NCBI GenBank assembly: GCA_007571305.1
Contig: RKRR01000078.1
Span: forward strand, 19-64,018
DNA: 64,000 nucleotides
Direction: 5' to 3'
From: Candidatus Poribacteria bacterium
GTDB taxonomy: Bacteria > Poribacteria > WGA-4E > WGA-3G
The position numbers and the translations under genes were made by a program. A model generated the notes under the pieces. The model saw only the letters and a program-made list of their open reading frames with translations, was not told the DNA's origin and did no database searches. Positions 20,675 through 30,555 of this stretch are shown here, in pieces; position 1 is the first letter of the stretch; every line of letters starts with the position of its first letter.

Positions 20675-22510
20675 TTACTTTCGTTTGGAATTGTTCCTTT
20701 TTTTCGTGTCTGCTGATGCGGATTGATCATCGTCAGTTTCGCTTCGGTTTTGTAAGTATTGTTGCGCGATTGTGAAAACATTATTGCACAACCAATATAA
20801 CACAAAACCGGATGCCCAGTTATAAAAGATGAAAATAAAAATGAGGGGCATAAACTGCATTAATTTCGCTTGCATGTTGTCCGTTGTCGGTGCCATATTA
20901 CCGACGAACTTCTGTTGGAGCCAAGTTGTTAATCCGTTTATTATCGGCAATAGGCGGAGGGCATCTATTTGCGTGACAATCAATGGAATTGTAAAAGGCA
21001 GATCAATTAAAGTGTCAGGAGCAGAAAGGTCATCAATCCATAACAGGAAAGGTGCCCCACGGAGCTCGACCGCGCTTCCGAGAAGGGCGAAGAGTGCCCA
21101 AAAAATCGGAATTTGTGGAAGCCATGGTATACAGCCACCTAACGGATTGACACCGTGCTCTTTGTAGAGTCGCATCGTAGCGCGATTAAGTTTCTGTGGG
21201 TCATCCCTGTATTTCTCCTTCAATTCCACCAACTGCGGTTGAAGTTTCTGCATCTCCTTCATAGATTTATGTGCTTTGCGTGTGAAAGGGTAAGAAATTA
21301 CCTTCACCAAAGCAGTGAGGAGGATAATCGCGATGCCGTAGTTCCCGAAGATGCCGTGCAAGCCTTTGAATACCCAGAGCATTCCCCATGCGAGGGGCCA
21401 GAAGAATCCGAAATCTATGATTTTCGAGAGACGCACTGGATCTTCAGGTGAATTCGGTGCTTCTATACTCTTTAGAATTGTATCGTCCTTCGGTCCGATG
21501 TAGAGCCGAAAAACATCTGTCCTTTTTTCCTGAGCAGCGAGGTAAAAACTGGGGAGTACGAGTGCGGCAGTGTCCGTCGGTGCGGTGACAGCGATATCAG
21601 TTGTAACATTTGCCTGCGGTGTCTCTATAAATTTATATGTGGCGGCAAGTTGCGGATCTGGAATCATCAATGCGCTGAAGTACTGGCTGTCCATCCCTGC
21701 CCAGAGGACCGTCGCTAAGGTCTGCTCAGATTTGAGTTCACGTCTCGGTTTATCCTCACCGATATACGCTTTCGCGCCTTCACTGCCGCGTCGCCCACGT
21801 TTTCCGCTCCTCTTTTCATGTGGGAGTAGATCGGCATTGATACCTCGTCCCCACTGAAGTTGATATCCGTTTGTGGGTTCGGTCCCACCCATAAGCAGCG
21901 GTTCATCAGAGACATTTTGGAAGGTGAGCGTCATGTCAACGAAGTAACTGTCCGGATTAAAAGTGAACTGCTTTGCAATTTGTAGTTTCTCTCCGATTGT
22001 TGTCCCGAAGACGAGTGTACCAGTTTTTTGTCCGTTTGTAATGTCAATTTCGGGTTTGTCTGCCCTCCATGTCGCGCGTATTGAATCGAGTTGCAACTGA
22101 GAATTTCCGAACCGAAGTGCAAGGCAGTTGAGTGCGTTTTCAGGAATCAGGTTCAAGGGGCTTTTGTCGGCATCCGTTCGGTCTGGAAAGTGATTTAATT
22201 GCCACTGTTTAGCGATTGCAAGTTTTTCGTTAAAAACAATAGTATAGTTATCGGTTTGGACGTTGACTTTTGCATCGTCTGGACTTTCCTCAACCGGTGT
22301 CCAAAGGTCAGGGCTGACAGATGCATCGGTTCCATTAAGCGTTTCTCGCTCCACGGTATCCGATTGTGTTTCGCCTGGACTTGATGCTGTCGGTGTCTCG
22401 GTAGTTGCGGGGTCATCGGGTTGAGGGGCAAACCGGTTGCCGAAAAATAGGCTCCATCCGATCATCACAGCAACCATTAGAACCAATGCAAGAATGTAAC
22501 GTGCTCCCAT
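20675..22510 (-). CDS. yidC: Membrane protein insertase YidC
   Basis: YIGPK, NYGIAIILLT..VK, NPLGGC.P...QIPIF, WIDDLS.PD, LYW. Confidence 0.96.
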   Translation of the reverse strand: MGARYILALVLMVAVMIGWSLFFGNRFAPQPDDPATTETPTASSPGETQSDTVERETLNGTDASVSPDLWTPVEESPDDAKVNVQTDNYTIVFNEKLAIAKQWQLNHFPDRTDADKSPLNLIPENALNCLALRFGNSQLQLDSIRATWRADKPEIDITNGQKTGTLVFGTTIGEKLQIAKQFTFNPDSYFVDMTLTFQNVSDEPLLMGGTEPTNGYQLQWGRGINADLLPHEKRSGKRGRRGSEGAKAYIGEDKPRRELKSEQTLATVLWAGMDSQYFSALMIPDPQLAATYKFIETPQANVTTDIAVTAPTDTAALVLPSFYLAAQEKRTDVFRLYIGPKDDTILKSIEAPNSPEDPVRLSKIIDFGFFWPLAWGMLWVFKGLHGIFGNYGIAIILLTALVKVISYPFTRKAHKSMKEMQKLQPQLVELKEKYRDDPQKLNRATMRLYKEHGVNPLGGCIPWLPQIPIFWALFALLGSAVELRGAPFLLWIDDLSAPDTLIDLPFTIPLIVTQIDALRLLPIINGLTTWLQQKFVGNMAPTTDNMQAKLMQFMPLIFIFIFYNWASGFVLYWLCNNVFTIAQQYLQNRSETDDDQSASADTKKRNNSKRK

Positions 22511-22549
22511 CGAGATTAGATGCTCCTCATTTTTTGTGTTTCTTATTTT

Positions 22550-22714
22550 TAACCCAAGTTGCTACGGACAAGTTTTTAGGAAACCTATAGATGCCGTTTT
22601 TCAGCGAAAAACCTTCAGTATTTAGATGTTTTTGTAGCATAGGAGACCGTTGGTTTCCTGTGGACATTTATGCACAACCTAACAGGTGATGCTACAAGGT
22701 AGCAACTTGGGTTA
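22550..22714. mobile_element. MITE family A with an inverted REP pair
   Basis: TAACCCAAGTTGCTAC...GTAGCAACTTGGGTTA perfect TIRs. Confidence 0.85.
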
Positions 22715-22847
22715 TTTTTAATGATACCTTGCGGAGAAACGACGAGGTTTGTACCTTAGCGAGCATTCTCTGGAATTGTAAGAAACACCCAAGCAAACCC
22801 CTCTATTACATAACGGACTACGATTTCGTTGCCATTTCGCATACCTA

Positions 22848-23129
22848 CTATTTTAGAGGATCAAAACCACCTGGGTGGTAAGGATGGCATTTTGAAAGTC
22901 GTCTAATTGTTAGCCAACATCCTTTAAGCGTGCCGTAGCGTTTCAAGGCTTGGAGTGCATATTGCGAGCAGGTCGGATAGAATCGGCAGGACGGTGGCAA
23001 CAGCGGCGAAATGAAACGTCGATAAAAGCGGATGAGTTGTAGAAATATCATTTTCCCATCCAACTTATCGCGCGTCCCCTGGTTCTTATTCTGGTTCACA
23101 TCTTCTTCATTGTGCTTGCAATGCGGCAT
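22848..23129 (-). CDS. yidD: Membrane protein insertion efficiency factor YidD
   Basis: [10 protein letters not shown]...[10 protein letters not shown]...CHP..PGGFDP; start uncertain (23129 or 23051). Confidence 0.93.
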   Translation of the reverse strand: MPHCKHNEEDVNQNKNQGTRDKLDGKMIFLQLIRFYRRFISPLLPPSCRFYPTCSQYALQALKRYGTLKGCWLTIRRLSKCHPYHPGGFDPLK

Positions 23130-23139
23130 GCCCCTATCC

Positions 23140-23523
23140 TTACGGACTCCTATCATTTCTACCTTCTCTAAGAGTGGCACTGACTGGATTTTTTAAAATA
23201 GATGCTTTCCGAAAGAGGTGAAACAATCCATCTTCTGCTTCCTGACACATGAGTTGACACGCTGGCGTTCTTCCAACGACTACGATGTCGTATTCAGTTT
23301 TTATCCGCGGCCGTAACTGTCGAAACGATTCACGGATGAGTCTTTTGACCCGATTCCGTTGAACGCTTTTTCCAACTCTTTTGCTGACGGTTATCCCTAA
23401 TCGGAGGTTATTGAAATGGGTGTGAAACACGTATATCACAAAGTAGCGATTCCAATACTTACTGCCCTTTTGATAGGCGCGTTGGAATTCCCAACGCTTT
23501 TTCAGTTTTTTTGGATATTGCAT
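23140..23523 (-). CDS. rnpA: Ribonuclease P protein component
   Basis: [28 protein letters not shown] (RNR motif). Confidence 0.95.
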   Translation of the reverse strand: MQYPKKLKKRWEFQRAYQKGSKYWNRYFVIYVFHTHFNNLRLGITVSKRVGKSVQRNRVKRLIRESFRQLRPRIKTEYDIVVVGRTPACQLMCQEAEDGLFHLFRKASILKNPVSATLREGRNDRSP

Positions 23524-23526
23524 GAT

Positions 23527-24039
23527 TTAGTTGATATACAGATATTTTCTCCACGATGGGTGGCACCCGCGAAAATGACGATTGAGTTGCAAATAGGTCA
23601 AAATTGATGGTGTTTTCGGTTGACGTTGCAGTTTCAGTCGTGCTTCATAGAGCATTTGACTGCCCTTTTTGTTATTACATTTTTTACAGGCTGTCACAAC
23701 GTTCTCCCATGTTGTTTCTCCGCCTCGAGAGATGGGTACCACATGGTCCATCGTGAGCTGCGCTGCTGGAAACTCGCTATGACAGTATTGACATGTATAT
23801 TCGTCGCGGACGAGAACATTCCTCCGTGAAAATTTGACGACGCTGCGCGGGACGTGGACGTAGTTGACTAACCGAATTACATGTGGGACTTTCATTGCGG
23901 CACTGGGTGAATGAATCTCAACATCAGAGACTTCTTCAGTCTGTGCAGTGCCCTTAAAGACCATTTTCATCGCGCGCCTGAGGTTGCAAACGTTGATTGC
24001 TTCGTAACTGGCGTTAAGTACTAAGACTGATATTTCCAC
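23527..24039 (-). CDS. HNH endonuclease (McrA-like, LVLNASYE family)
   Basis: RDEYTCQYC, TMDHVVPISRGG..TWENVVTACKKCNNKKG. Confidence 0.92.
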   Translation of the reverse strand: MEISVLVLNASYEAINVCNLRRAMKMVFKGTAQTEEVSDVEIHSPSAAMKVPHVIRLVNYVHVPRSVVKFSRRNVLVRDEYTCQYCHSEFPAAQLTMDHVVPISRGGETTWENVVTACKKCNNKKGSQMLYEARLKLQRQPKTPSILTYLQLNRHFRGCHPSWRKYLYIN

Positions 24040-24112
24040 TTGCAATCCCTCTAACGTGATGCCACCCACACGCGAAACCGTGGGACAGTGTTAACCACAT
24101 TAACTTTTATGA

Positions 24113-24141
24113 ATTTTAACACATTTTTAGGGTAATTGCAA
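24113..24141 (-). promoter_or_regulatory. Sigma-70 promoter for the HNH-rnpA operon
   Basis: TTGCAA-17 nt-TAAAAT with extended TG. Confidence 0.6.
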
Positions 24142-24312
24142 CTAAAATATCAACTGTCAGCGGTCAGCAGTTGAGAATCGGAGCTCCCTCCTACAAAGAT
24201 TATCAATAACGAATCTTCAGCAGACTGATGTGATAAAAAATAAAAATACACCTGACGCACGGTTTTGTGTATAATGCCCGTACAATGCGAGTTGGGTCTG
24301 AGAGGAATTTGA

Positions 24313-25920
24313 ATGCACAACAGGTTACGAGAGGCTATTTCGGTCTTGAGTCTTACGTTTATTTTTACCAGTTATGCATCTGATATTCGATTCGTGGATG
24401 TCACTGAACAGGCGGGCATCCATTTTGAGCACGCTGGTGGTATTGATTTACGTGTGGTACCTGCGCTCGTAGGTTCAGGCGCGGCGTGGTCCGACTACGA
24501 TAACGATGGGAAGTTAGATCTTTATATTGTTAACAGTGCATTGGTGAGACCGGCAGCAGACGCGGTACTACCGAAAAATGCCCTCTATCGAAATAACGGC
24601 GATGGGACTTTCACCGATGTAACGGATACCGCTGGGGTTGGCGATACCGGTTGGGGAATGGGAGGTGCCTTCGCAGATTACGACAACGATGGTGACGCTG
24701 ATCTTTATGTCACGAACTATAAAGTGAATCTGTTCTATCGGAATAACGGCGATGGCACTTTCAAACGTTTCTCATCTGGTGCTGGCGGCATTGGTCACGA
24801 GGGTTTCGGAGCAGGCATCGCTTGGGGTGATTACGATCGCGATGGCTACCTCGATCTTTACGTTGGCAACTACATTGAATATACCAAAGTTCCGCAAGGA
24901 GATGAAGTCTTTTTTCCGTATGATTTCTTTGGACAGACAAATCTTCTCTATTTAAATAAAGGAGATGGCGGTTTCATCAACATTACGGATGCCGCTAAGG
25001 TGAATGGTGGATTTCATCTGACGCTTGGAGTCGCGGCGGCGGATTACGATGCCGATGGGGATCTGGATCTGTATCTCGCCAACGATACCGACCAGAATAT
25101 TCTCTATCGCAATGATGGGGAGTTAACGTTCACGAATACGAACCGTCCAGATGCGAGGAGTCGCACGGGCGATATACGGAGTGGTATGGGTATTGCTTGG
25201 GGTGATTACGATGCCGACAACGATTTGGATCTCTTTGTTACAAATTGGTTAGATGAAAACAATGTCCTCTATAGAAACAATGGTGACGGCACTTTTACCG
25301 ATGTTTCTGCACGGAGTGGCGTTTTTGAGTCAGGACTTGGTAAAACATGCTGGGGGACTGCCTTGTTCGACGCGGATAACGATGGCGATCTGGATATCTT
25401 TTTCTCGGCAGGACACATCGATCCGGCTTCATGGGAGGCACATGGGCAAGCGGATGTTTTTCTCCAGAACAACGGTGATGGCACCTTTACTGATATTTCT
25501 GACGCTGTAGGACTTCGGCAATCCAGTGCGTACGGGGTTGGTAGAGGTGTAGCGGTTGCGGATTACGATGCCGATGGGGATTTGGACATCTTTATTGTCA
25601 ACAGTGGTGGAAAGCCGATGTTGCTCCGAAACGATGGTGGGAACCAACGCCAATGGCTTCAGATTCGCACGGTCGGCACAGTGAGTAATCGAGATGGTGT
25701 TGGCACGTTTGTGAGGGTGAGTGCTGGCGATCTTCATCAGATTCAGCAGGTGGCGGCAGGCGACAGTTACCTTTCTCAGAGCAGTATTGATGTGGAATTT
25801 GGACTTGCGCACCACAAGATAGTAGATCGCATTGTTATTCAGTGGCCGAGTGGAACTGTGCAAACATTGACCGATGTGCAGGCGAATCAGCGGCTTGTTG
25901 TGGTTGAGCCTTCGGAGTGA
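24313..25920 (+). CDS. FG-GAP/VCBS repeat plus ASPIC-UnbV (CRTAC1-like) secreted protein
   Basis: Repeated DYDNDG.LDLY..N and LYRNNGDGTFTDV; C-terminal NRDGVG...FGL...I.WPSG. Confidence 0.92.
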   Translation: MHNRLREAISVLSLTFIFTSYASDIRFVDVTEQAGIHFEHAGGIDLRVVPALVGSGAAWSDYDNDGKLDLYIVNSALVRPAADAVLPKNALYRNNGDGTFTDVTDTAGVGDTGWGMGGAFADYDNDGDADLYVTNYKVNLFYRNNGDGTFKRFSSGAGGIGHEGFGAGIAWGDYDRDGYLDLYVGNYIEYTKVPQGDEVFFPYDFFGQTNLLYLNKGDGGFINITDAAKVNGGFHLTLGVAAADYDADGDLDLYLANDTDQNILYRNDGELTFTNTNRPDARSRTGDIRSGMGIAWGDYDADNDLDLFVTNWLDENNVLYRNNGDGTFTDVSARSGVFESGLGKTCWGTALFDADNDGDLDIFFSAGHIDPASWEAHGQADVFLQNNGDGTFTDISDAVGLRQSSAYGVGRGVAVADYDADGDLDIFIVNSGGKPMLLRNDGGNQRQWLQIRTVGTVSNRDGVGTFVRVSAGDLHQIQQVAAGDSYLSQSSIDVEFGLAHHKIVDRIVIQWPSGTVQTLTDVQANQRLVVVEPSE

Positions 25921-26162
25921 TTAGGAAAATTTTGCAATTGCGACTCGGATGTGTTATTCTTAATCCAATATATTCGCGTTTTTTAAACGTAACTACTGTG
26001 AGTTGATTAAGCCTGAATCTCCACTCTAATAGGAACGCTGCCCCCTTCTACCCCCCTTTATCCCCCCGCAAGCAGGCGGAAATCAAGGGAGTGGGAGGAA
26101 AACGTTAGAAGGAAAGTGTGTCGAATTTTAGTATCAAACTCACGTTAACTAAGGAGGAAAAT

Positions 26163-26810
26163 ATGCGACGAAGTTTATTTTTTCTTGTTTTGATTGTCGT
26201 GTATGTCGCGGTAACGATCGTCCACGATGCAAGTTCAGCCGAAGAGATTCGGGTATGGGGCGGCAAAATGGAGGATTTTAAGGATTCCGACGGCCGTATC
26301 TGGCACGGTGGACAGAATGAAAAGAAAGCATGGGGTGGATGGGTTGAAAAACTGCCCCGCACTGCTGAAGTTGTACAACTCACGAAGGATGCCGAAAAAC
26401 TTGCGAAGAAAGAGGGATACGATAAGGAACTTTTCTATGCGGTTAGTTGGGCACAGTTTCCTGATGTTGTCAAGATGGAACTGAATACCGGTAAAGGTAT
26501 GTTCAATGTTACCTATCTTGTGGGTGAGCACTGGTCTCCGAAAAATCGCGGTTTCGATATCATCATTGAAGACGAGATCGTTGAAGAGGAATATGTGACA
26601 CCGGGTAATCTCGAGATAGATATTAAGCGGTATGAAGGCATTGAGGTGAAAGATAAAGTGATGAGTTTTGAATTTGCCGGCAATCCAAAGACCGGTGCCG
26701 GAGATCTCAATGCTATGTTTAGCGGAATAGAAGTGATTCCTGCATTAGCCGTTGACCCGAAACAGAAACTCGCTACGACATGGGGAACCTTAAAGGGGGA
26801 ACGGAATTAA
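26163..26810 (+). CDS. Secreted malectin-like domain protein, paralog 1
   Basis: Signal peptide; FKDSDGRIW, RGFDIIIE, AMFSGIEV; tail AVDPKQKLATTWGTLK. Confidence 0.75.
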   Translation: MRRSLFFLVLIVVYVAVTIVHDASSAEEIRVWGGKMEDFKDSDGRIWHGGQNEKKAWGGWVEKLPRTAEVVQLTKDAEKLAKKEGYDKELFYAVSWAQFPDVVKMELNTGKGMFNVTYLVGEHWSPKNRGFDIIIEDEIVEEEYVTPGNLEIDIKRYEGIEVKDKVMSFEFAGNPKTGAGDLNAMFSGIEVIPALAVDPKQKLATTWGTLKGERN

Positions 26811-26831
26811 CGAATAGATAGAGGTATTTTG

Positions 26832-27479
26832 ATGAGATTATTATGTATTTTGATAGTTGTCGCTTTTCTGGGAGTTTTCGCAGTTCCTACGTTGCTACGG
26901 GCTGAAGAATTTCGAGTCTGGGGTGGTAAGACAGATGATTTCACGGATTCCAAAGGGCGCGTCTGGCACGGTGCCCAGCAAGAGAATCAGTCCTGGGGTG
27001 GATGGATTGAAAAACTGCCCCGCACTGCTGAAGTCCAAACCTTGACAGCAGATGCGCAAGCCCAGGCGGAAGCCGCTGGCTACGATGTGGAACTTTTCTA
27101 TTCTGTCAGTTGGGCACAGTTTCCCGACACCGTTAAGTACCAGTTCAAAACCGGCGATGGTGTTTTCGATGTTACCTATCTTGTGGGTGAGCACTGGTCA
27201 CCAAATAATCGTGGTTTCGACATTTTCATTGAAGAGGACAACGTCGAGCCTCTCTACGTGACACCGGGCAAAGATGAAATTGACATCAAAACGTACTCGA
27301 GTATTGAAGTCAGTGATGGCACGCTTGATCTCCACTTTGCAGGAAACGCGGAGACGGGTGCAGGCGATCTGAACGCAATGTTCAGTGCTCTGGAGGTCGT
27401 CCCTGCTGTGGGTACTTCTGTAGATCCGAAGTCGAAACTCACGACAACGTGGGGTGCACTGAAAGGCAATCGTCAGTAA
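26832..27479 (+). CDS. Secreted malectin-like domain protein, paralog 2
   Basis: Tandem paralog; VSDGTLDLHF, AMFSALEV; tail SVDPKSKLTTTWGALK. Confidence 0.75.
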   Translation: MRLLCILIVVAFLGVFAVPTLLRAEEFRVWGGKTDDFTDSKGRVWHGAQQENQSWGGWIEKLPRTAEVQTLTADAQAQAEAAGYDVELFYSVSWAQFPDTVKYQFKTGDGVFDVTYLVGEHWSPNNRGFDIFIEEDNVEPLYVTPGKDEIDIKTYSSIEVSDGTLDLHFAGNAETGAGDLNAMFSALEVVPAVGTSVDPKSKLTTTWGALKGNRQ

Positions 27480-27495
27480 GGAACACATCGACATT

Positions 27496-27536
27496 AAAAT
27501 GCCCACGGTATTTTCGTTACCGCGGGCATTTTTTTT
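27496..27536 (+). terminator. Rho-independent terminator
   Basis: ATGCCCACGGTA...TACCGCGGGCAT followed by a T tract. Confidence 0.8.
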
Positions 27537-27605
27537 GCATGAGCAAATGCAGATGCGTTAGGAAACCGCACCTACCGTTTTAGTCGTCAGCAGTCGAGAG
27601 GAATA

Positions 27606-28385
27606 TCATACCTTAGGGGTCGTCAAATCGCCGCTGAGTATTGTGGGACACCAGAATTTTTCAATGTATTCAATGATGAGTTGTGTGCCCTCTTCGTGGC
27701 TGACGTAAGGCGGTTTGAACGGGTTGTACATCGCATCGGTGAGGTCGCGTGCAAGCACAACGTTCAAACCCCAACGTACCATCTGTTTAATGGCGAAGGA
27801 ACGTCCAAGGACGCACATGTTGGTGTGGACACCCATAAAAATGATATTCTTCACGCCTTTGTGATCCAGCACATTGTAGACCTCTTGTCCGTTGTCACTG
27901 ATAGCATCTATATCAGTGATTTCAATAGCAGGGTGTTGGCGATGCCATGCTTTGTAACCATCAGTTTCGCCGGTATCTGAGCCGCCATCGGAAGCATCAA
28001 CGGGTAACGGTGGATCAGGCAGTTCGCGTTCGGAGGGTGGATCGGCATGCGGTAATTCTAAGACTCCGCGGCGCGCCGGATGAGCCTCGTAGAAGTCCAT
28101 TGTGTCGGATGGAGCGTGGATAATTTGTATCCCCTGATCTCGCGCACGCCCAAGGACGATGTCCATTCGGGGTGCCATCACGTTCACACGTTCTGTTGCT
28201 CCCCATGACCAGTGTTCGTTCCACATATCAACGACAACAATGGCGGTTTCAGAGGTGTTCCAGTTGACCTCTTCTTCGATGACACGCCAACCATTTCTGC
28301 CGACCGTCCGTGCTTCCTGTCGGCGGGTTGAGAGCGACAGGTTTGTCGTTGCTGAAAAGGTCTGACTCAATAGGTTAAACAGCAT
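27606..28385 (-). CDS. Isochorismatase-like cysteine hydrolase
   Basis: AIVVVDMW, GVHTNMCV, RDLTD; start overlaps the rimI stop. Confidence 0.85.
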   Translation of the reverse strand: MLFNLLSQTFSATTNLSLSTRRQEARTVGRNGWRVIEEEVNWNTSETAIVVVDMWNEHWSWGATERVNVMAPRMDIVLGRARDQGIQIIHAPSDTMDFYEAHPARRGVLELPHADPPSERELPDPPLPVDASDGGSDTGETDGYKAWHRQHPAIEITDIDAISDNGQEVYNVLDHKGVKNIIFMGVHTNMCVLGRSFAIKQMVRWGLNVVLARDLTDAMYNPFKPPYVSHEEGTQLIIEYIEKFWCPTILSGDLTTPKV

Positions 28386-28881
28386 GAATTTCTGCTCCTT
28401 TTCGGAAAACGTAAGCGTCTTTATAACGTCCGTAGTAGTTTTTTCGGATGCCACAGATGCGGAACCCGAACTGTCGGTAGAGAGACTGTGCCGGTAGATT
28501 GCTGACGGAGACTTCCAAAAACACCTCGCGCCCGTCGTGCGCCTGTATCATTTTTAGGGCTGAAGCGATCAGATATTTGCCGATGCCTTGCCGCCGATAG
28601 GCAATCGGCACTGCAAGGTTCAGGATATGCGCCTCTTCATGGAGAATACTGAACACGATGTAACCGACGATGGTGTCCTCGCGCCGTGCCACGTAAAAAT
28701 GTTCGTACGATCGAGGCCGTTTCAGAGACAATGCGTAATAGGTTTCGCTCCATGGGTCCTCAAAGCACTCGTTCTCAATTTTTAGTACTTCCTGCAGATC
28801 ACACAAGCGCATCGGTTCAAACGTGAAGTCTGGAAGCGGGTTTTGGGTTATCATCTGCGTCAAGGTGTATAGGAAAACCAA
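28375..28881 (-). CDS. rimI: Ribosomal protein S18 alanine N-acetyltransferase
   Basis: IE..CF..PW, HILNLAV...YRRQGIG, LEVSVSN..A..LY..FGF...GIRKNYY. Confidence 0.9.
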   Translation of the reverse strand: MVFLYTLTQMITQNPLPDFTFEPMRLCDLQEVLKIENECFEDPWSETYYALSLKRPRSYEHFYVARREDTIVGYIVFSILHEEAHILNLAVPIAYRRQGIGKYLIASALKMIQAHDGREVFLEVSVSNLPAQSLYRQFGFRICGIRKNYYGRYKDAYVFRKGAEIHAV

Positions 28882-29190
28882 GTTAGAGCGGCTCTTGTAA
28901 AGATACCAAAGTATAGCACGATGCGGAACTTGATGTCAATTGAGATGGTTTTCAACTTTCAGTTGTCAGTCATCGGAGGTCAGCAAGTGTCACGAGTTGG
29001 AGCTCGTTCCTATAGGAAAACCGAATGGCTCTGATCGATATGTTTTTCGGTGTTGCCTTTTTTTAGGGAGTCTGTTATAATGCATTTATGTGGAATCTGC
29101 GAAGAGGAAAATCAAACCTGCACTTATCAAAAAAGGAGGTGGGCTTCATCCCCAACCTAAAGGATGGGGTTCCCAGCCCGAAAGATTCTG

Positions 29191-30336
29191 ATGAAAGATT
29201 TTGGTTTTACAGGCGGACGACCGGATCCGTATACGTTCCCGACGGAAGGGTTAATTGCCGCGAGTGAAAAGGCTCTCCGTAAATTGGGCGGCGATTTGGT
29301 TAACTACCCGGGCGAATCAGGCTATCAAGGATTGCGGGAACTGGCAGCCATGCGGTTTGAAAGACGCGAGGGAGTTTCGCTGCCGATTGATAATATCTCA
29401 ATTACCTCAGGTTCTATGCAGGCATTGGAATTAGTACTGGGGACGTTGATTAATCCGGGCGATACGGTACTGACAGAGGAATATACTTATAGCGGCACCT
29501 TGGGTATCATGCGGCATTTCAAGGCGAATATCGTGGGAGTGCCGATGGACTATATCGATGGCATGAATATGGATGCCCTGGAGTCGAAACTTGCGGATCT
29601 CAAACGCCAGAATATCCGCCCATCGTTCATCTATACGACATCGAACCATCAGAACCCGACAGGGGCAATTCTTTCGCTTGAGCGTCGTCATCGGATGTTA
29701 GCCTTAGCGGAAGAATACGATACACTCATCGTTGAAGATGATTGCTACGGCGATATTGACTTTACATCAACACCGACCCCGGCTTCGCTTTTCAAACTGG
29801 ATACTTCAAATCGGGTGATCTTCATCGCGACTTTCTCCAAGATTTTAGGCGCAGGTGTCCGACAGGGTTACTTTGTGGCGAGAGAGCCATATTGGGGGCA
29901 AATTCACCAGAATCGTTGGGATGGTGGAACGAGCGCATTGGCGAGTGCGATTGTTGCTGAATTCTTCATGGAACACTTGGAAACGCACCTTGTAAAAACG
30001 AATGCGGCTGTGGGTGCGAAATGTCGAGCAGTGGTGGAGACGCTTGAGGAGAACGTCAGCGATCTCTGCACATGGACACGTCCGCGTGGCGGACTCTTCC
30101 TCTGGATAGATTTACCCGAGACTACGGATCTCAATAAATTACAGGAACTCGCCTCGGCAAAAGGGGTTGGATATAGCAACGGAAGTGCTTTTCATTATGC
30201 CAGCGAGCCCGTAAAGGCGATCCGACTAGCGTATGCCTACTGCCACGTGGATGATATTCCCGAAGGGATTACTTATCTGTGTGAAGCGATTCGCGCAGCA
30301 CAAGGGACCTCAGCAGATGTTGCGGCAGGGGATTAG
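29191..30336 (+). CDS. PLP-dependent aminotransferase class I/II (MocR/LysN-like)
   Basis: ITSGSMQAL, HQNPTG, EDDCY, TFSKILG.G.R.G, P.GGLFLW. Confidence 0.9.
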   Translation: MKDFGFTGGRPDPYTFPTEGLIAASEKALRKLGGDLVNYPGESGYQGLRELAAMRFERREGVSLPIDNISITSGSMQALELVLGTLINPGDTVLTEEYTYSGTLGIMRHFKANIVGVPMDYIDGMNMDALESKLADLKRQNIRPSFIYTTSNHQNPTGAILSLERRHRMLALAEEYDTLIVEDDCYGDIDFTSTPTPASLFKLDTSNRVIFIATFSKILGAGVRQGYFVAREPYWGQIHQNRWDGGTSALASAIVAEFFMEHLETHLVKTNAAVGAKCRAVVETLEENVSDLCTWTRPRGGLFLWIDLPETTDLNKLQELASAKGVGYSNGSAFHYASEPVKAIRLAYAYCHVDDIPEGITYLCEAIRAAQGTSADVAAGD

Positions 30337-30555
30337 GGCAATAGTTATAAATCTTCGGCGGTCAGAAGGCGAGGTTAGGAACCTCGTCAGCGAGTAGAGA
30401 CGAAGAATTTTTGCCATTCGTGTCATCCACGATTCAAATATAGACGTTACAGTTTAGGAATTCACGCATTTGAGCGGAGGACTTGATTATCTTACTTTCT
30501 AACCCCCTAAATCCCCTTATCAGGGAGACGGGCGAACCAACAAGGAACCGAATTT

